Source of the DNA: Psammoneis japonica
Lineage: Eukaryota
Direction: 5' to 3'
Length of the DNA: 64,000 nt
Assembly (NCBI GenBank): GCA_008632985.1
Contig: QPGO01000003.1
Coordinates: 186,001-250,000 of the forward strand
Shown: piece by piece, positions 59,909-64,000 of the stretch
Numbering within the stretch: position 1 is the first letter of the stretch
Layout of the letters: the number at the start of each line of letters is the position of its first letter
Position numbers and translations under genes: made by a program
Notes under the pieces: generated by a model
What the model saw: only the letters and a program-made list of their open reading frames with translations
Databases searched by the model: none
What the model was told of the DNA's origin: nothing

Positions 59909-60376
59909 AGCCTCTACAAAAATGGCCGTGCTGAGAGCACTGCCCATTTCAATAGTGCTAGCGCAATGGAAACGATGTACTTTTGTCAATAGCATCAATG
60001 AGAGGGATTCGGTCGTTGCCTTTGCTTCGTCCAACGATATCTACAGATTGCCACGTTTTGTGTGATGGAACTATGAGGACTGCTTTGCTTGAGTAATACA
60101 CCATCGCCGCTCTCCAACGAAGAATACAAACCGTTTTGGAATTAAAGTTCTAGCCCATTTGTTCACTTGCAATCTAACAAAATGCTTGTTATGGCGTCGC
60201 ACTTTGTTCTGGCGGCCATAGTATGAACCGTTATGAACTTATTGCAACCCTTGTGCACCTTGCCTAACGCGTTTCAAAAAGCACAGCAGGCCTTTGCGGT
60301 ATCAAAAGATTGATCTTTTGCAATTCGATACATGCTTCCAAATAAAGCTGTTCCTTCGAGAAAACGAGCAAATCTA

Positions 60377-60988
60377 CTACACCAGCCGTGTATCCATCAG
60401 CTCGTAGTCGGTCGTGCTATCCTTCGGCTCTGACATAGGAGGCATCTCCTTTCCAACAACATTTTCCGCTTGTTGCTCTCCTTGTTCCGTGCTTTCCGTC
60501 TTTTTCTTTTGTCTTGCTAGAATTGCCATGACAAAAAAGTAGGTATAAAACAACAATTCCACTCCCGACCAAACGAGAATTTCCCAACGGCGAATGGGTT
60601 CAGACCAAATCAACCATGCAATGCCTTCGACGATGTAGTAGAATGCAAAAACAAACTCGATTGTATTTTGCCAGACGTGACTCTTGTCGAACACCATCCA
60701 CAGGGCAGCCTCGCAAAACCACACAATGCAAACGACGAGATTAAAGGAAATGTAGTAATCTGATGCAAGCACATAACCTGGATTGGTTTCGGGAAGCCAA
60801 CCCAAGACAAAAAACGTGGCACTCAATGCACAGCAGAAGGCATTAATGTAAATCCATACGAGTGGTGCGTGTGGTGGCGAATAGGGTGCCAAAAAGGCTA
60901 GCTTGACTCGAAGCATTCCCGTGATGAGCTCGAGAAACGCAATAGCCGATGCGAACCATTCCTTGATGCTTGTTGTAATCATCGTCAT
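60377..60988 (-). CDS. Hypothetical multi-pass membrane protein (about 203 aa)
   Basis: ATG at 60988; 4-5 hydrophobic segments, then a basic patch (RQKKK) and an acidic tail; normal Tyr content. Confidence 0.65.
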   Translation of the reverse strand: MTMITTSIKEWFASAIAFLELITGMLRVKLAFLAPYSPPHAPLVWIYINAFCCALSATFFVLGWLPETNPGYVLASDYYISFNLVVCIVWFCEAALWMVFDKSHVWQNTIEFVFAFYYIVEGIAWLIWSEPIRRWEILVWSGVELLFYTYFFVMAILARQKKKTESTEQGEQQAENVVGKEMPPMSEPKDSTTDYELMDTRLV

Positions 60989-62121
60989 GCAGCGCGTTAT
61001 TTTTCGCCAACGCCAAGAACGTGGATCAATACAGTAAAAGCAACGATAAAATTCTTCAGGGATTGGACCACATTGGCGATGTTCCACAGAAGCAGCGGCA
61101 CATGCGAGGGGTGTCAGCGGCCAGCGACCGTCGAACGAAGTGGTATGGGGGCGGATCGGGTCGCGTTTTATTGGCTGATCGCGACTTAGCTTAGTGAATG
61201 AAGCATGAACACGACTCAGTCCATAAAAATAAAAAAATTCATATATATATATAACATAAAACGGTTGCAGTCTTGAAAAAGCCTTTGAGTCCCGCAACCG
61301 GCTCATGAGCCGACCGTCACCGCACGCAAGCTTGGCAACCCACTCTGTCTGAAACAATGGTGGCAACAGCCATCTAGAAAAGCAAAAAAAAACAGGAGAT
61401 TGCATTTGTCGGCATGACTTCGTGCCCGCCCAACGTGATTGATGCAATGAAAAACGACACTTGCAGGGACTCAATGTGGGGGGGCCTGTTTTCTGCCCCC
61501 AGCTCTAGACCAGATTTTTGCACGCAAAAGCAACGCATTTGGTTGGACATTGTGGCTGACATTCCCCAAAAGAAAATGCCACCTTTCATGTTGTGGGGAG
61601 CACACACACGTCAGTTGGCACTCGCTCTGGCCTCCGGCGCTGGCTTCATTGTTTTCGACCTTCCAAACAAACAGGAGCAACCAGCCTGATCAGAGAGTGG
61701 TGGCTGTGGATCTTGTCATTTTCTTCGCATTGCAACAACAATGTCACCAGCAGTGCTGCATGACTGATTCAAACGCATCGTACAAGCAGTGCTGTGAATT
61801 GTGGTCGATGAACTCAATTTACGAGTCATTTACATAATTATTATTTGTACTCGCGGTTGTGTTATTTCAGGTGGGGCTTAAGTACCACAATCTCAAAGTC
61901 ATTTGTCTCAACACTGTAAAATCAAAAGTCAACAGGAGCATTTATTTTTGATGAGTTTTGTTTGTGCGGGTTAAGACAACGAACAACAGCGGCGCGTTAG
62001 AGACTACCGGTACAACTTGCACTTTTGTAGCAAGGACAACCTACAAAATTGGCCATTCTCTGAGTCAAAGAGTCCCCATAGAACATACAACAGATACAAT
62101 TTCCTTGCAATCAAAAGGACA

Positions 62122-64000
62122 ATGGCAAATGCGAAGCTAATTGGATGTCTCGGGTTCCTTTTGTTTTGCAGCGCAGTCTCTACAAATCCATGCGCTACGC
62201 AGTTTCCAAATCCGATCATATCAATTGCTCACGTTGAACGCTATAGAGGTGGTGATAGATTGAAATATCGTATGAGCGTTGATAACTACCAAAACATACC
62301 GGACAGCCTTTTTGCTCCTTCTCCAGATCTTGCACCTTGTGGCCGAAACACCGAGGCATCACGAACATTTATCAATATCTACAGTGGCACTGGAAAAAGA
62401 CTCTTTGGGTATTGCGCAATAACTTACACTCCTCAAGATCTCTACTTTTTTGCAGACCCTGGAGAAGTGACATCTGCCTATGTTCTTTTCTTTGACCGTC
62501 GTTGCAACAGGAGATACGTTTCAAATACAATCCGTGCTCCAGTAACTGCAACTCCGACGCCTCAACCGACGGTGACTCCGACGCATATACCGACGCACTT
62601 TCCAAGTCGCGCTCCCTCGCCAGGGCCTACAAAGCAACCTACAAAAGAGCCATCCAGATATCCGACCCCTGACCCAAGTCGTTCGCCGACGAGAGAACCA
62701 ACAAATTCGCCCACTGTTTCGCCGACACAATCGCCAACGGCACCCCCAACAACTCAGTATCCAACTCTGCAACCGACAAAGTATGTTCCAAGCCAGGTTC
62801 CTACTTCACTGTCAACAGTGGCACCGACAGAAATTACCCAGAAAGCGGATGAGACAAATTTCACAAAGGATTCACAAGAGATGAATCGTGAAGTCGGAAG
62901 AGTATGTGACGGAAATGGCGATTGCCGTTCGAATACATGCCGAAACGGCGTGTGTATGTCATCGCCGGATTGCTTCCCCGTAAAGCACACTTATGGGTCC
63001 CCATTTCACAAACACAGGATCAACATCGTATTTGTTCCTTCCGCATTCGGCTCGGTTGGTCATAATGCGTGGCATGAACAGGTCAATCGTACTACTCGTT
63101 TCATGCAAAACTACAATATGTTTGCGGAAGAGATCGATGAGCTCAATGTCTTCATGGTGAATCCATTGAAACTCGATGTGTCATTTTGCAATTTGGGCTG
63201 TCGGGGATACGATCGACTCTTGTGCTGCGATATCAGACTCACGCATGCGTTGGCCGGCAAGTGCTTTCCAGTGGGTTCAAACCTCCAAACTATAGTCATT
63301 CATAACTCAAGGCAATATGGTGGTGCTGGATACACCAATGCAAATGTTGCCACTGCGACAATGCATCCTGCTTCCCCTCACGTATTAGTACATGAGCTTG
63401 GTCACTCACTCTTTGAATTGGCCGACGAGTACTCGTATGGAGACGGAACTGGACTTGAAGCTAATTGTGACACCGGATCGTGTGAGAAATGGTCAGACCT
63501 GATGGGAAGAAAGAACAGACCACTAGGATACGAGACAGTGAAGTGCATTCCTGGATGCGAGAATGGTAACTACTTTGTTGGAGGCCTAACATTCATGGAC
63601 GACTTGCTCTCTCCAGTTGGAGCCGTAAATGAACGATTTAGTTGCTGTACATATTTGTCGTTGACGAAAACGTTCCCATCCTACTGCGACGTTTTCAATC
63701 CATCTCCGAATTATCTCCGAGACTACTGCAAGAAGGATTACCAAAACTATGGCTTCTCAAGCTATGACAGCGAAGAACTTCTTACCATTCCAGGTTATGC
63801 GAACCAAGACAAGGCCAGCGCAAAGTACGTACAAGTTTCAGACCCAGTATTGGTGACAATTACATTCAGGTGGAAACGTCCGGGTGTCATGAAATTCAGA
63901 TCCAAGATCTCTTCATTAGAGTCGAGGATGTTCCGTAAGTCTCAGGTAAAAGGTGATTACCCTAGCCCGAAAGCTGCCGCAAAGGAAGGGGTCCAATCCT
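62122..64000 (+). CDS. M64 metallopeptidase copy E: signal peptide, LFAPSPDLAPCGRN domain, PT linker, M64; runs off the window
   Basis: Hand translation: MANAKLIGCLGFLLFCSAVS...LFAPSPDLAPCGRNTEASRTFINIYSGTGKRLFGYCA...DRRCNRRYVSN; HELGHSLFELADEY at 63391 in the same frame. Confidence 0.92.
   Translation, partial: MANAKLIGCLGFLLFCSAVSTNPCATQFPNPIISIAHVERYRGGDRLKYRMSVDNYQNIPDSLFAPSPDLAPCGRNTEASRTFINIYSGTGKRLFGYCAITYTPQDLYFFADPGEVTSAYVLFFDRRCNRRYVSNTIRAPVTATPTPQPTVTPTHIPTHFPSRAPSPGPTKQPTKEPSRYPTPDPSRSPTREPTNSPTVSPTQSPTAPPTTQYPTLQPTKYVPSQVPTSLSTVAPTEITQKADETNFTKDSQEMNREVGRVCDGNGDCRSNTCRNGVCMSSPDCFPVKHTYGSPFHKHRINIVFVPSAFGSVGHNAWHEQVNRTTRFMQNYNMFAEEIDELNVFMVNPLKLDVSFCNLGCRGYDRLLCCDIRLTHALAGKCFPVGSNLQTIVIHNSRQYGGAGYTNANVATATMHPASPHVLVHELGHSLFELADEYSYGDGTGLEANCDTGSCEKWSDLMGRKNRPLGYETVKCIPGCENGNYFVGGLTFMDDLLSPVGAVNERFSCCTYLSLTKTFPSYCDVFNPSPNYLRDYCKKDYQNYGFSSYDSEELLTIPGYANQDKASAKYVQVSDPVLVTITFRWKRPGVMKFRSKISSLESRMFRKSQVKGDYPSPKAAAKEGVQS

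Noticed and set aside
60989..61474. Upstream 162 codons of the 365-aa ORF
   Set aside because: Non-ATG start, runs through AT-rich promoter-like and TpA-depleted sequence; the ATG at 60988 is more plausible.
830..61760. Classical RIP or CpG methylation decay as the sole cause of TG/CA richness
   Set aside because: RIP would raise TpA, and CpG decay does not remove it; at 10711-11030 TA is lost while CG is retained. CpG decay does co-occur in the older domains.

Overview
Eukaryotic nuclear DNA, most likely from a pennate diatom (inferred from short GT-AG introns, PT-linker secreted proteins, a CoDi-like Copia and an Ambal-like LINE). Intact-looking housekeeping genes (FMO, pyruvate kinase, prohibitin, SET-domain protein, GH5 exo-1,3-beta-glucanase, OSCA/TMEM63 channel) alternate with a secreted-protease cluster: one S8 subtilisin and five M64 (IgA-peptidase-like) metalloproteases with shuffled N-terminal domains. 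The strongest signal is compositional. Roughly half the window lies in sharply bounded domains (about 0.8-2.3, 4.5-7.1, 10.0-11.2, 14.9-35.0, 46.6-51.8, 55.0-56.6 and 61.4-61.8 kb) where the dinucleotide TpA is almost absent. Several independent pairs of duplicated sequence show TA converted to TG or CA (A>G on either strand), in places with CpG left intact. This resembles a repeat/transposon-targeted hypermutation running opposite to fungal RIP, and it has also invaded host genes. Many frameshifts in otherwise normal genes fall in homopolymers and are probably assembly errors. All family calls come from motif recognition by eye, not database searches.
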